Positions 1-10,803 are shown, numbered from the stretch's first letter. The stretch is DNA of 64,000 bases from an uncultured Verrucomicrobiae bacterium (GCA_963837955.1 CAWIPH010000002.1:160001-224000); one strand, 5' to 3'. Notes: generated from the letters alone by a model not told the origin. Program-made: numbers and translations.

Positions 1-92
1 TCAGTGTCAGCTCACGGGGCGATTACGCGGGGTTACCAACGCGAAACGAACTCGATCGTTTCCTGGCCGGAGAGACAACGCAAGGGAGGTAG
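1..92 (+). CDS. 3' end (partial) of probable PfkB-family sugar kinase
   Basis: Manual translation VSSRGDYAGLPTRNELDRFLAGETTQGR* resembles the GD..GLPT..EL C-terminus of PfkB/KDG kinases; truncated by the window edge. Confidence 0.5.
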   Translation, partial: SVSSRGDYAGLPTRNELDRFLAGETTQGR

Positions 93-349
93 GCGGTAGG
101 GCGAAAGCTTGATACCGTCTCAGCGGGATCGGCTTGAGCCGTCTCTCGCCCCAACGTACTGCTTTAATCCACTTTCACCGTCGTCTGACAAAACGGCACC
201 AAAAAGATGCACCCCCGCATCCGGCTCAAACCCGGCGCGAACCACACAAACAGACTTTGCAACGTTTCCCGCGCGCCTAAGTTTTCGCCCTACCAATTGT
301 GGGTCCACTGGGCCCTATCGCCATACCCGCCTTTGGAGAAAGGCATAAC

Positions 350-799
350 CTAAGTCCGAGACCATCGATAAAGTGCGTCGGGTTCCTTCTCCTCGTTCGT
401 CGATCCGTCCGTTTCCTGAACCAGCGTGAAGCCTTTAGCCTCATAGAATCGACGTGCCTGTTCGTTGCGCTGAAATGTCCAGAGTTGCAGCGACGAAAAA
501 ATTGACTTTGCGATGTCCAATAGCGCTGTTCCTGTGCCGTGTCCTTGAGCGCTCGGCAGAACATAAAGCTGATCAATCCAATCCTCTCGAAATGCGATAA
601 TTCCAACCAATTTACCGCCATCCAATGCGCCCCAGATCTGGCACTTCCGGAATACTTTCTCGCGAAAATACTGCTGGTCATCTTCGGGCGTGTGGAGACC
701 CGCCAACCACGGTAACCTATCCTCGAACGCCGCTCGATGGACCGCTGCTGCGGCGCCCATCTCCTCGAGCTCGAGTCTTCTAATTGTAAGCTCGCACAT
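350..799 (-). CDS. GNAT-family acetyltransferase
   Basis: Motif A LYVLPSAQGHGTGTALL and N.QARRFYEAKGF; ATG at 799 preferred over the ORF start at 823. Confidence 0.9.
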   Translation of the reverse strand: MCELTIRRLELEEMGAAAAVHRAAFEDRLPWLAGLHTPEDDQQYFREKVFRKCQIWGALDGGKLVGIIAFREDWIDQLYVLPSAQGHGTGTALLDIAKSIFSSLQLWTFQRNEQARRFYEAKGFTLVQETDGSTNEEKEPDALYRWSRT

Positions 800-826
800 C
801 ACGCGATCTGCAACGTTATGCAAAAG

Positions 827-1046
827 ATCTCACGCAAAGACGCCAAAAAATCTCACGCAAAGACGCGAAGGAGATTTCGGATTAAAAGGCAGAGCATCAA
901 ACAGTTTCTCAAGTAACTCCGAGCCTACGGGTGTGCGCTTGGGACTCTATTGATTAATTTTGGTGAAGCGATTTTCAAAAACGGCATTCACCGAGTAGTA
1001 AATAATCTCTCCGAAATCTTTGCGTCTTGGCGCCTTTGCGTGAGAT
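827..1046. repeat. REP-like inverted doublet (ATCTCACGCAAAGACGC family)
   Basis: ATCTCACGCAAAGACGC twice in tandem at 827 and about 850; inverted copy GCGCCTTTGCGTGAGAT ending at 1046. Confidence 0.75.
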
Positions 1047-1070
1047 ATCTCGTTGGATGAATTCACTGCT

Positions 1071-1712
1071 ATGCTTCGCGTATTTCTTTTCCTCTCACTG
1101 GTGACGCCGGTATTTGCCCAGCTGAAGTGGGAAAATGTCGAACAGACTTTCGCGCCAAGCCCGCTGGATAAACTAGTCGTCGCCAAGTATCGATTCACTA
1201 ATGTCGGGACTTCACGAGTTAGGATTAACGATGTGCGAACATCGTGCGGGTGCACAACTGCAGGGTTGTCAAAGAAGGACTACTCTCCAGGAGAATCAGG
1301 GGAGATTGAGGCCAAGTTTCAATTAGCTGGACACATTGGGCACCAAGAAAAATGGATCTTCGTCACAACGAACTCGGCTCCAACCGACCCGACACTTCTA
1401 CGCCTGATAGTCGATATTCCTAACGCGGTTACGATCGAGCCAGAGTTCGTCATATGGCAGGTTGGTGATCAGATAGAGCCCAAAAAGATTCGGATTCTCG
1501 TGGCGGATGCGTTTCCTGCCAAGATTGTTTCGGTGCAAGCCGATAATCCAGCGGTGAAACTCGAACTCCGAGATGTGCGTCCAGGTAAAGAAGTAGAGGT
1601 CACCGTCACGCCGCCGAGCACTAGTAAGCCGGAGAGCACCGTTCTATCGATCCGAACTGATTACCCTCCGGAAAATCCGGAAACCCATTATGCGTATGCG
1701 CGGGTGAAATGA
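1071..1712 (+). CDS. Exported DUF1573-domain (Ig-like) protein
   Basis: Signal peptide; F.N.G...V.I..V.TSCGCT motif followed by YSPGESGEI. Confidence 0.85.
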   Translation: MLRVFLFLSLVTPVFAQLKWENVEQTFAPSPLDKLVVAKYRFTNVGTSRVRINDVRTSCGCTTAGLSKKDYSPGESGEIEAKFQLAGHIGHQEKWIFVTTNSAPTDPTLLRLIVDIPNAVTIEPEFVIWQVGDQIEPKKIRILVADAFPAKIVSVQADNPAVKLELRDVRPGKEVEVTVTPPSTSKPESTVLSIRTDYPPENPETHYAYARVK

Positions 1713-1723
1713 GTGTGGCCTGC

Positions 1724-1922
1724 GTAGCCTGATCCTTCCTCCTTCGTTCTCCCTACAACCCGCAACTTCGGCGGACAAGCCTGGCTCAGGATCGCGGGGT
1801 TACAGATTGTGAGAAGTGATCGGTGAACGCCTATCGGCAAAAATCTCTCACAGCGCTCTCACTAATCACCAACATACTTCCTGAGGCTGGAGCATCAGGC
1901 TACGGCTGGAGCATCAGGCTAC
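1724..1922. repeat. GTAG-type REP doublet (REPIN-like), copy A, carrying a 43-bp insert
   Basis: GTAGCCTGATCCT[insert 1737-1779]CCTGGCTCAGG with inverted CCTGAGGCTGGAGCATCAGGCTAC; same family at 17681, 19873, 56101 and 61993. Confidence 0.85.
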
Positions 1923-2647
1923 CGCCGCGCCCGACTCTGTCCCAGATAAAGTTCATGCATCAAGCGATTATCACGCAGTTCTGCGATCGGACCGGAGGCA
2001 ACGATTTCGCCGTGCTGCAGTAGATATCCTCTTTCCGCCACCGCCAATGCCAGACCCGCGTTTTGCTCGACCAGAAGCACCGCTGCGGAAAACTTCGTGC
2101 GCACGTCCATGATTACGGAGCGTACTTCTCTAATCAGCAGGGGCGACAGTCCAAGCGAGGGCTCGTCGAGCAAAAGAATGCGGGGGCGAGCCATCAGTCC
2201 GCGGGCGATCGCCAGCATTTGTTGTTGTCCGCCGCTGAGCTCACTACCTTTAGCGCTCCGCTTTGTCGCCAGGATATTAAAATAGGACTCCATCAGCGTG
2301 ATGTCGGCTTCGACTGCCTCGTGATCCCTACGGCAGTATGCGCCGAGGCGCAGATTTTCGTGTACGGTCAAATCAGGGAATACCCGGCGGCCTTCGGGCA
2401 CCATGACTACACCCAAGCTGGCCATCCGATCGGCCGGAACGCCGCCAACATTCTGGCCGTCAAATCGAATGCTTCCTTTTTTGGGTCGCAACAATCCCGA
2501 AATGGCGCGCAGCAGAGTCGACTTTCCGGCTCCATTAGGTCCAAGAATCGTCACGATCTCATGCTGGTCCACGGTCAGCGATACATCCCGGTTGACCACA
2601 ACCGGACCATAAGCAGTTCTAAGGTGCTCGACTTGCAGTAACGTCAT
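1919..2647 (-). CDS. livF: Branched-chain amino acid-type ABC transporter ATPase (LivF-like)
   Basis: GPNGAGKST, VPEGRRVF, LSGGQQQMLAIAR, LLLDEPSLGL. Confidence 0.93.
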   Translation of the reverse strand: MTLLQVEHLRTAYGPVVVNRDVSLTVDQHEIVTILGPNGAGKSTLLRAISGLLRPKKGSIRFDGQNVGGVPADRMASLGVVMVPEGRRVFPDLTVHENLRLGAYCRRDHEAVEADITLMESYFNILATKRSAKGSELSGGQQQMLAIARGLMARPRILLLDEPSLGLSPLLIREVRSVIMDVRTKFSAAVLLVEQNAGLALAVAERGYLLQHGEIVASGPIAELRDNRLMHELYLGQSRARR

Positions 2648-3369
2648 AGCTCATTCCCGAGATAAACTTCGGTGACCTTCGGATCGTTCAGCACAACATT
2701 GGGTGGTCCTTCGGCAATTTTAGTTCCGAAGTTGAGAACTACGAGTCGCTCGCACAGTGCGCTCATCAAAAACATATCATGGTCTATCAGGCACACGCCG
2801 ACGCCCATTTTGGGCAGTCGAAGAACCAACTCCATCAGTTCGTCCGATTCGCTATGGCTTAAGCCTGCCGCCGGCTCATCGAGAAGCAGGAGCGACGGGT
2901 TCGCCCCCAAAGCGACCGCTAAGCCGAGCCGGCGAAGATTCCCGAATGGCATCGATCCGGCGATTTCGCCTCCGAGACCGGCGAGACCGACGAAACTGAG
3001 AATCTCTTCTGGCGAATCCCACTTCGATCTCGCTGCCTCAGTGTGCGCTCGACCTTGCTCATGAGCGACGCGGACGTTCTCGCGAACTGAGAGTCCTGGA
3101 AAAGACATCGCCTGTTGGAACGTTCGCACCAGCCCACTCCGAGCTATCTCGTGGGCGGGCCTACGGGTGATGTCTTTACCTCGCCACGACACACGGCCCG
3201 CCGTCGGCTTGTGTACGCCCGTTATGACATTGAACAACGTGGTCTTGCCCGATCCGTTAGGTCCGATGATCCCGACTATTTTGTCCAACTCGATCGAGAC
3301 ATCGACTCCGGCCAACGCGACAACGCCTCCAAATTCTTTGCGAAGTCCGGTAATTTCTAATGCTGCCAT
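2644..3369 (-). CDS. livG: Branched-chain amino acid-type ABC transporter ATPase (LivG-like)
   Basis: GPNGSGKTT, RTFQ, LLLDEPAAG, C-terminal V.EVYLG; start at MAALEI (3369). Confidence 0.92.
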   Translation of the reverse strand: MAALEITGLRKEFGGVVALAGVDVSIELDKIVGIIGPNGSGKTTLFNVITGVHKPTAGRVSWRGKDITRRPAHEIARSGLVRTFQQAMSFPGLSVRENVRVAHEQGRAHTEAARSKWDSPEEILSFVGLAGLGGEIAGSMPFGNLRRLGLAVALGANPSLLLLDEPAAGLSHSESDELMELVLRLPKMGVGVCLIDHDMFLMSALCERLVVLNFGTKIAEGPPNVVLNDPKVTEVYLGNEL

Positions 3370-3383
3370 AAGTTGACCTCTTC

Positions 3384-4460
3384 TTATTGCCGTCGTTTCG
3401 ACAACAGCCGCTGGTAGACACCGAGAAGGCCGGCACTGACGCCGCCTGGGAGCAGAAGGATTACGAGCAGCAGGCAAACGCCATAGGCGATTCTGGAATC
3501 GATCGGATCCAGATGCATGATCTCAGGCAGGAAACTCACGATGATCGCCCCAATGAGCGGCCCGTAAAGCAGCCGCGAACCGCCCAGCATGACCATCAGC
3601 GCCAAATAAAGACTGGGAAATGGACCATACAGGGTCGGCGAAATATGACGCAGATAGTACGCTTGCAAGACACCGGCGAATCCCGCGAACGCGCCGCTCA
3701 CCATCAACACGCCGATCTTATGAAGGTTGGCATTGATTCCCACCGCCCGAGCGAGCGGCTCGTTCTCGCGGATTGCACGGAGGGTGCGGCCGTATGCCGA
3801 GTGCACGATCAGATACGTGACCAGGAGGCATAACAAGAGCGCCACCACGATCAGATAATAAGCGTTGAGGAGTCTATCGAAGTTGATGCCAAATACCGGG
3901 TCGATGGATCCGACGTCTAATCCCGTCGCGCCGCCGGTAAATGTGCCGCCGTTAGTGAGCGCGATATTCAACAGGGCGCAAAAGCAAAAGGTAATGATGA
4001 TGTAGTGTTGACCGCTCACCCGCAATGACGGGAGCCCAATCAGGCCGGCGAAGACGGCCGAGAATAGAATCGAAAAAGGCAGCGCTGGCCAAAAGCCGAG
4101 TCCCAGTTTTCCCGCCAGGATCCCCGCAGTGTATGCTCCAACACCCATGAAGGCAGCGTGTCCGACCGACATGATGCCGGCCTGACCGAACTGAAGGCCG
4201 AGACCGTACAATGCGATCGCTGTAAACCCGGTCGTGATGCCCAGCGATAAGAATCGATAACCGGGATGCAGCCACGGAAAGCCAATCAGGAATACAACGA
4301 CCGCTACCCCTACAACAATCTCCGCGCCGGAGGGCAGCCGCACCCAGCCAGAATGCTCTTTCGCGGAATTCCGCACTGTTGTTGAACTGGTCGGCCGCTT
4401 CATGCCGATGTCCTCCGCCGGTTGGCCAGGCGAAGCAAGATTCTCGTGAATTTCCTTCAT
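3384..4460 (-). CDS. livM: Branched-chain amino acid-type ABC permease (LivM-like)
   Basis: SVGHAAFMGVGAY, GRTLRAIRENEPLARAVGI, MVMLGG..L.GP; start uncertain. Confidence 0.9.
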   Translation of the reverse strand: MKEIHENLASPGQPAEDIGMKRPTSSTTVRNSAKEHSGWVRLPSGAEIVVGVAVVVFLIGFPWLHPGYRFLSLGITTGFTAIALYGLGLQFGQAGIMSVGHAAFMGVGAYTAGILAGKLGLGFWPALPFSILFSAVFAGLIGLPSLRVSGQHYIIITFCFCALLNIALTNGGTFTGGATGLDVGSIDPVFGINFDRLLNAYYLIVVALLLCLLVTYLIVHSAYGRTLRAIRENEPLARAVGINANLHKIGVLMVSGAFAGFAGVLQAYYLRHISPTLYGPFPSLYLALMVMLGGSRLLYGPLIGAIIVSFLPEIMHLDPIDSRIAYGVCLLLVILLLPGGVSAGLLGVYQRLLSKRRQ

Positions 4461-4489
4461 CACTTAATTCCGTAGTGGGAAGATTCTTC

Positions 4490-4720
4490 TCTCGTCCTCG
4501 TCCTCGAAAGGGAGGGATCGCAGCCTGTCCGACATAGCTTTTTGATGCATCACACTCAACGACCATGCGCTTCTGCGACGTCGGATCCTCGCGATCCGCG
4601 GCGCACGAGGATCCGACGTCGCACTAAAACATTCTCCACAGGCATCCGAAAGGCTATGTCGGACAGGCTGTGCGCCCTCCCTATTATGTATTGTTTTTCG
4701 CGCCGAGCACGAGCACGACA
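4490..4720. repeat. Composite nested REP element between livH and livM
   Basis: Outer CTCGTCCTCGTCCTCG / CGAGCACGAGCACGA arms; inner GGGAG-hairpin doublet 4510-4681 with inserts at 4524-4585 and 4612-4667. Confidence 0.8.
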
Positions 4721-4728
4721 AATCTTCT

Positions 4729-5601
4729 TCATCCGGTAGCGCGGGGACCAAGTGTCCCACCGAGCAATCCTTGTGGGCGCACTATCAGAATTACAATCAT
4801 CACGACGAGCGCGTAAGCGTCGGTCCACTCTGGAAAACCGTATCCAGCGCTGAGACCATCGACTAGACCGAGGATGAGGCCGCCTACGACCGCGCCACCG
4901 ACGTTGCCAAGTCCCCCGATGAGGGAAACAGCAAATCCCCGGATGATGACGACACTGCCGGTGAAAGGTGTGATCGGAAAAAGGGCGATCATGAGAGCGC
5001 CGCCCAATCCTGCCAGCGCGCTGCCATAAACGAATACGGCGGTAACGTACCGTCTCACCGGTATTCCCATGAGCGCAGCCGTATCTGGGTCAGCAATGCT
5101 AGCTCTTAAAGCTATTCCGTAACGGCTACGGGAAACACCGAAATAAGTGATAGCGACCACTATCGCTGTCAGCGCCACGACGATGGCGCGCATAGCAATA
5201 ACGTTCACGCCACCGATCACCCACACCTGGCCGACCGGGTCGGGAATGGTTTTCTGGACCTCGTTGAATACACGAATCACGAGGTGCTGAAGAATCACGC
5301 TCAGGCCAATGGACATGATAAATCCGTTCATCGGTCGTTCGAGAGTAAACCGGAACAAACCGCGTTCGGCTATGAACCCCAGGGCGCCGACAAAAATCAT
5401 CGCTCCAACCAGCGCCACGAAAAAATTCACTCCGGAATTGACCAGAAACCAAGTGATCATCCCTCCAACCATCAGAAATTCGCCGTGGGCAAAATTGACT
5501 ATCCCGGCTAGTCCGAAGATCAACGTGATTCCTATTCCGATGAGTATGGTCACGCTGGCGACAGAAAGGCTGTTCACCAGCTGCTGAATCAATATTTCCA
5601 T
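4729..5601 (-). CDS. livH: Branched-chain amino acid-type ABC permease (LivH-like)
   Basis: GITLIFG...VNFAHGEFLM, IGGLGN..GA, ILIVRPQGLLG. Confidence 0.92.
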   Translation of the reverse strand: MEILIQQLVNSLSVASVTILIGIGITLIFGLAGIVNFAHGEFLMVGGMITWFLVNSGVNFFVALVGAMIFVGALGFIAERGLFRFTLERPMNGFIMSIGLSVILQHLVIRVFNEVQKTIPDPVGQVWVIGGVNVIAMRAIVVALTAIVVAITYFGVSRSRYGIALRASIADPDTAALMGIPVRRYVTAVFVYGSALAGLGGALMIALFPITPFTGSVVIIRGFAVSLIGGLGNVGGAVVGGLILGLVDGLSAGYGFPEWTDAYALVVMIVILIVRPQGLLGGTLGPRATG

Positions 5602-5646
5602 TTTACGTGCCCTCGCTGAACGCTCAGAAGACCAGCGGTCGCGAGG

Positions 5647-6879
5647 CTAACCACCCGGGTCACCCGGGGGAGGGGCCGCCGGCGGCTGCTCCACGGCGGC
5701 TTTGAATTGGTCAGACGTGCCTGGCTGAACCACCGAAACCTCAGTCGCAAAGGTTACTTGGTGATGCGGATTGAAAGTCAGCGGAACCGGAGACACCACG
5801 CCCTGATATTTCATCTTGAGAAGCGCATCTACTACTGCGTCCGGATTGTCGAGTGATCCTACCTCCTCCAACGCTTTGGCGTACATGAAGAAGTAGTCAT
5901 AATAGAGCAGCGACACCGATGACTGGGGTCCCTTGGCTGCACCGAGCTCGAAGTACTTCTTGAAATAGTCTTGCACCGCGGGATAAGGAGCGGCTCCCCA
6001 GCAAACCGGGACACAGCTCAGGGCCACCGGCTTGTCAGATTTCAATTGGCGTTCCTGATAAATCCCAGGGTCTACGCCAAACAAGAAGTAGGCGGGTGCC
6101 ACATCCAGCTTCAAAGCCTGAGGGAAGGCGGTCAAAGTCGAATCACCATTATACCAGAAATGGACGATGTCAGGGTTCATTCCTTTGATGCGAGTCAGAA
6201 GGGGCGAGAAATCAGTGGTATCGGGGGGATACTTCACGAGATCCACTTGTTGCCCTTCGGCTTCAAGGGCTTTCACATAGTGAGAAGACAGATACTGCCC
6301 GGTTGCGTCGTTTCCTACGAACACGACGGAGTGCTTTGGCGGATGAGCCATCAGTGGCGTCAAAAGAGTCAGCACTCCCTTGGCAGTGCTACCACTACGC
6401 TGCCATTCCTGAGGCTCTGACTGGAACGTGTAGTGTAGCCAACCCCCTGGTGCGACCGACTTATCGTCCAGCACGGCTCCCAATGAGCTGTTGCCGGAGA
6501 ACTGAATCACCTTGGCTGCTCCGGTGATCTTAGCCATGGACACTGAGAAGTCATGCGTCTCGGTGCCCCAGACTGCTTTGACGCCGATGTCGTCGACTAG
6601 TTCGCGGGCGGCCGCAATGGTCACGTTTACATCGGTCCGGTTGTCCCGGATGAAGAGTTTAATCTTATACGTCTTGCCCCCAATCTTTATACCGCCGGCG
6701 TCGTTGATCTGCTTGGTGGCCAGATTTGCCGCCGCCACGATGGTATTTCCAGCAGACACGAACGATCCGGACTCGGCTGCCACGACACCGATTTTGAGTT
6801 CTTCATCCGCACGTGCGAATTGTGCCGACAGCGCGATAAACGCGCTCGTGAGGATTGCCCCCACCGTTACGCTTTGCAT
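5647..6879 (-). CDS. ABC substrate-binding protein (LivJ/K-type, Peripla_BP_6); ligand unknown
   Basis: Signal peptide; KIGVVAAESG, INDAGGI, TDFSPLLTRIK..NPD; first gene of the liv-like operon. Confidence 0.85.
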   Translation of the reverse strand: MQSVTVGAILTSAFIALSAQFARADEELKIGVVAAESGSFVSAGNTIVAAANLATKQINDAGGIKIGGKTYKIKLFIRDNRTDVNVTIAAARELVDDIGVKAVWGTETHDFSVSMAKITGAAKVIQFSGNSSLGAVLDDKSVAPGGWLHYTFQSEPQEWQRSGSTAKGVLTLLTPLMAHPPKHSVVFVGNDATGQYLSSHYVKALEAEGQQVDLVKYPPDTTDFSPLLTRIKGMNPDIVHFWYNGDSTLTAFPQALKLDVAPAYFLFGVDPGIYQERQLKSDKPVALSCVPVCWGAAPYPAVQDYFKKYFELGAAKGPQSSVSLLYYDYFFMYAKALEEVGSLDNPDAVVDALLKMKYQGVVSPVPLTFNPHHQVTFATEVSVVQPGTSDQFKAAVEQPPAAPPPGDPGG

Positions 6880-7295
6880 ACGAAGTTCCTTTCTTTGGAT
6901 ACAAGATTGGGACCGTACAATGTGGGGATCGGGTTTCCGGCTGGTTGCTTATCAGCCGCCGCTACACTCACCGAGACGGAGAATGGGGTAGCAACGGCCA
7001 CGAAAGAGAAGGGTTTCTTCATAGAAGGTTTCACGGGATGAAGATGGGGATGGTGTTCTCGACCCGTTTTGGAGGCGAAGACAGCGGCATCGATCGCATG
7101 TCGGACATCTAAATGGGGGAGGACAATCAGGCAGGTTTGCGAGCCCACTCGGGTAGCAACACTACCGATTTAACGCTGTTCTATCGTGATTTCGGCCACT
7201 TTACAACCGAAACTTCGTTTTTGAGCGGTAAGATCGAAGTGTCTTTATGGGTTAACGTATTAAAACTACGTTTTCGAAAACAGACTGCTCCTGCT

Positions 7296-8246
7296 TCACC
7301 CCGCTAAAACCTGATCAATCTCGGCCAACTCCGCGCCGGAGAAATCGAGACGATCAAGCGCTTTCACATTCTGTTCCAGTTGGCCTGGCGAGCTGGCTCC
7401 GATAAGAGCCGAGGTGACGACCGCTAAACGCAGAACCCAGGCGATCGCCATTTGAGCCAAGGATTGATCACGCCGCGCAGCAATAGCGTGCAGCGCCCGT
7501 ACTTCCGGTAAATTCTTCCGCACGTCTGCTGTCTTGAGAAAATGTTCTCGGGCGGCACGCGAGGTATCGGGGATTTGTTCGAGGTATCGATCGGTCAACT
7601 GACCCTGAGCCAGTGGCGAAAACACAATGCAACCTATTCCTTCTTCCTCCAGCACCTTCGTGAGTCCTTCTTCTATCCGTCGATTCAACAGGTTGTAAGA
7701 CGGTTGATGGATCAAGCAAGGCGTTCCGAGATTTCGCAACGCCTGCGCAGCGCCTCGGGACTGTTTGCTGTCGTAGTTTGAGATCCCGGTATAAAGCGCC
7801 TTCCCTTGCCGGACGGCTTGGTCAAGCGCTCCCATGGTCTCTTCGATCGGCGTATCTGGATCGGGACGGTGTGAGTAGAATATGTCGACGTACTCCAATC
7901 CGAGCCTGGACAGACTCTGATCCAAGCTCGCTAGCAGAGATTTGCGCGATCCCCAGTTACCGTACGGTCCGGGCCACATGTCATATCCGGCCTTGGTCGA
8001 AACAACGATCTCATCGCGATGGTTACGTAAATCTTGATGTAAGATACGACCGAAGTTCTTCTCTGCAGAACCTGGCGGCGGACCATAGTTATTTGCGAGA
8101 TCAAAATGGGTGATACCAAGCTCGAATGCGCGGAGAACCGTCAACCGACCTGCGTCGAATCGATCCACATCGCCGAAGTTGTGCCATAGTCCAAGTGAGA
8201 TGCGTGGTAGCAGCAACCCGCTCTTGCCGCAGCGCTGATATTTCAT
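7296..8246 (-). CDS. Aldo/keto reductase, L-glyceraldehyde 3-phosphate reductase (YghZ/Gpr) type
   Basis: SLGLWHNFG, HFDLANNYGPPPGSAE, STKAGYDMWPGPYG. Confidence 0.93.
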   Translation of the reverse strand: MKYQRCGKSGLLLPRISLGLWHNFGDVDRFDAGRLTVLRAFELGITHFDLANNYGPPPGSAEKNFGRILHQDLRNHRDEIVVSTKAGYDMWPGPYGNWGSRKSLLASLDQSLSRLGLEYVDIFYSHRPDPDTPIEETMGALDQAVRQGKALYTGISNYDSKQSRGAAQALRNLGTPCLIHQPSYNLLNRRIEEGLTKVLEEEGIGCIVFSPLAQGQLTDRYLEQIPDTSRAAREHFLKTADVRKNLPEVRALHAIAARRDQSLAQMAIAWVLRLAVVTSALIGASSPGQLEQNVKALDRLDFSGAELAEIDQVLAG

Positions 8247-8262
8247 AAGGGCAGATTGGTGC

Positions 8263-9361
8263 TCAGCGTTTGGATAAAGGTGCCCTCTTTGGGTTCGTTA
8301 TGGGCTCAGACCGCCTAGTCGTTGAGGACTGGGCTGTAGCCCCACAAGATTCTCTGATGATCATTTTTTGCGATAGAGCACAGTTCCGGATCCCAACCGG
8401 ATGTCCCTCCAGTAACTCAATGGCTGCGAGCGCTGCTTGTTCTCCCTGCTTGATTGGCTCTGTGTCTACAGTCGTAAGGGAGGGGTGGCAATACGCGGCA
8501 ATCGGTAGATCGTCAAAGCCGACGACCGCAATATCATGCGGAACGGAGAGTCCAGCTTCGCGCAAGGCAGCTATCGCACCGACGGCGATCGTGTCATTTC
8601 CAGCGAACAATGCAGTCGGACGCTGGCGAAGTTTTAAAATCTCTTTCATCGCACGATAACCGCTCTCCATTGTGAAATCGCCCCAGGCGACCAGCCTCTC
8701 ATCGAATTCCAGTTTTCCTCGCTCAATTCCCCGTTGAAATGCGCGCAGCCGTTCCCTGGCCCCGATATAACGAATCGGTGCGTAAGTAATATGGGCGATG
8801 CGGCGGTGGCCCAAATCAACCAGATGCCGGGTGATGCGCACCGCGGCTCTGCCGGTGTTTGGACGAATCGAATTTTCATTCGGGTGCCCGACTGGAACCG
8901 AAAAGAACTACCGGGAACTGGGATTCAATCATCCGGACCAATCCTTCGTCCTCCGAATTCGAGTTAAGAACAATCAGTGCGTCGATCCGTTTGCTCTTGG
9001 CCAGATCGAGATAAGCGTCGCGCTGCGAGCCGGCTTCAACGGCCTCCACCAACAGTTTGTAACCATGAGCATTGCAGACCCGGCTAATGCCAAACATCAG
9101 CGGCGGAGCAAACGCGTCAACGCTCATCAAATCTCCGTGAGCGAGCACTAGACCTAGGGTCCGGCTCCGTCCACTGACCAGCATGCGAGCTGCTGAGTTA
9201 GGAACGTAGCCGAGCGTCTCCGCTACCTCGAGCACGCGCGCCTTCGTCTCCGCGCTGATGCTAGTTCCTGTTTTCTGATTCAGGACGAAAGAAACTGTGG
9301 TGCGCGATACGCCGGCAGCCTGCGCAATGTCGTTGCTGGTTACGCGCCGCGTCGTTTCCAT
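8263..9361 (-). CDS. LacI-family transcriptional regulator, split by one frameshift near 8890 (likely sequence error)
   Basis: HTH DIAQAAGVSRTTVSFVLN...YVPN in ORF 8876-9376; sugar-binding domain ALFAGND..AVGA, VVGFDD in ORF 8263-8841; the frames join as FGS(a)VGHPNENSI. Confidence 0.85.
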
Positions 9362-9398
9362 AGCCCCTCTCGTCATCTATCGTTGGGGAACTCTGCAG

Positions 9399-10748
9399 CT
9401 AGGTTGGCTGCTGGCTAACTGTCTGACCATTTCGAAAGTGATGCGGTATCCATTCCGCATGCTCAGTCAAAAGATCATCCACAAGTTGCCAGATCTGGTC
9501 GAGATCGAGTTCAGCGCCGGTATGTGGATCTAACATCGCCGCATGATAAATATGCTCGCGGTTTCCCGTGAGGATAGCTTCTACGGTTAGAGCTTGGACG
9601 TTGATATTCGTCTGCATGAGCGCAGCGAGATGTGGTGGGATGGATCCGATACGGGTTGGTTGGATGCCGTTCTTGTCGACCAGGCAGGGTACTTCGACAC
9701 AGCAATCCACCGGTAGGTTCGTGATCAGATCGGAGTTTTCCAAGTTAGCATAGACCACCCGTGGCACTCCGGTTTCCAAACTGTGAATGATCTTCGAACC
9801 GTATTCCACGCTGCGCTCCATTTCGAATGGCGCATCGGGCGTTTCTAAAGATTTTCGCAGGTACTTCCATTCCCCAATCTGGATTTCGCAGCTTCTTGGA
9901 TATTCATCCAGCGGGATATTAAAGCGGTCGATCAGATCCGTTCTCTCTCGCTTGATGTACCAGGGAACATACTCGGAAAAGTGCTCACTCGACTCTGTCA
10001 CGAAATAGCCCAGCCTGCGCAACATATCGTAGCGAACCCGATTTTCCGGAGGAACTCGACCTTCCTCGATCACTTTGTAGAGCAGCGGATAGAGGTCTTC
10101 TCCATTTCGCTCAAGCTTGAGGTAGAACGCCATGTGATTGATCCCAGCTACCAGGTAGTTAATTTCTTCCAGTGGTACGCCGATGTCAGTGGCAAGTTCT
10201 TCAGCTGTGTTTTGGACACTATGGCAGAGACCAATTGTTCGGATTCGCGTTGCCCGAGTTAGCGCCCAACAGTTGATCGCCATCGGGTTGGCATAATTCA
10301 AGTGGACGACATCTGGACAGCGCCGCTCCATCTCCTGGCACATTTCGATTAACACCGGAACAGTACGCAATGCCCGCATGATCCCGCCGATTCCCAGCGA
10401 GTCGCCGATGGTTTGCCGAAGGCCGTATTTATTAGGGATCTCAAAATCGGTGACAGTACATGGTCGATAGCCGCCAACCTGGATCATGTTAATCGCGTAG
10501 GTAGCGCCATCAAAAGCGCGTGCCCGGTCAGTCGTGGTTTCGATCGCCGGTTGAATACCTAGCGTCTGGGCGACGCGGTTAGCTACAATCTCCGACGTCT
10601 GCAGACGCTCTGCGTCAATATCAAAGAGACAAAGCTGCGAGTCAGCTAACTCCGGAAACGACAGAATGTCGACCAGCAGCTTCTTAGCGAAGACAGTACT
10701 CCCAGCCCCAATAAATGTAATTTTTCGCTTTGGATTCTTTTGTGTCAT
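9399..10748 (-). CDS. melA: Alpha-galactosidase, glycoside hydrolase family 4
   Basis: KITFIGAGSTVF, DFEIP.KYGLRQTIGD.LGIGG, NYANPMA, GLCHSV, GINH, TESSEH. Confidence 0.93.
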   Translation of the reverse strand: MTQKNPKRKITFIGAGSTVFAKKLLVDILSFPELADSQLCLFDIDAERLQTSEIVANRVAQTLGIQPAIETTTDRARAFDGATYAINMIQVGGYRPCTVTDFEIPNKYGLRQTIGDSLGIGGIMRALRTVPVLIEMCQEMERRCPDVVHLNYANPMAINCWALTRATRIRTIGLCHSVQNTAEELATDIGVPLEEINYLVAGINHMAFYLKLERNGEDLYPLLYKVIEEGRVPPENRVRYDMLRRLGYFVTESSEHFSEYVPWYIKRERTDLIDRFNIPLDEYPRSCEIQIGEWKYLRKSLETPDAPFEMERSVEYGSKIIHSLETGVPRVVYANLENSDLITNLPVDCCVEVPCLVDKNGIQPTRIGSIPPHLAALMQTNINVQALTVEAILTGNREHIYHAAMLDPHTGAELDLDQIWQLVDDLLTEHAEWIPHHFRNGQTVSQQPT

Positions 10749-10803
10749 AAAAATGAGAAATCATTCTGCGATTGGGGGGACAGGAGATGATCGATCCCAG
10801 GAG

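Noticed and set aside
6867..7148. 93-aa ORF upstream of the Liv-type binding protein
   Set aside because: No recognisable motif; lies in the probable promoter region
8876..8900. Programmed frameshift in the LacI gene
   Set aside because: No slippery heptamer, and single-base indels occur elsewhere in this assembly
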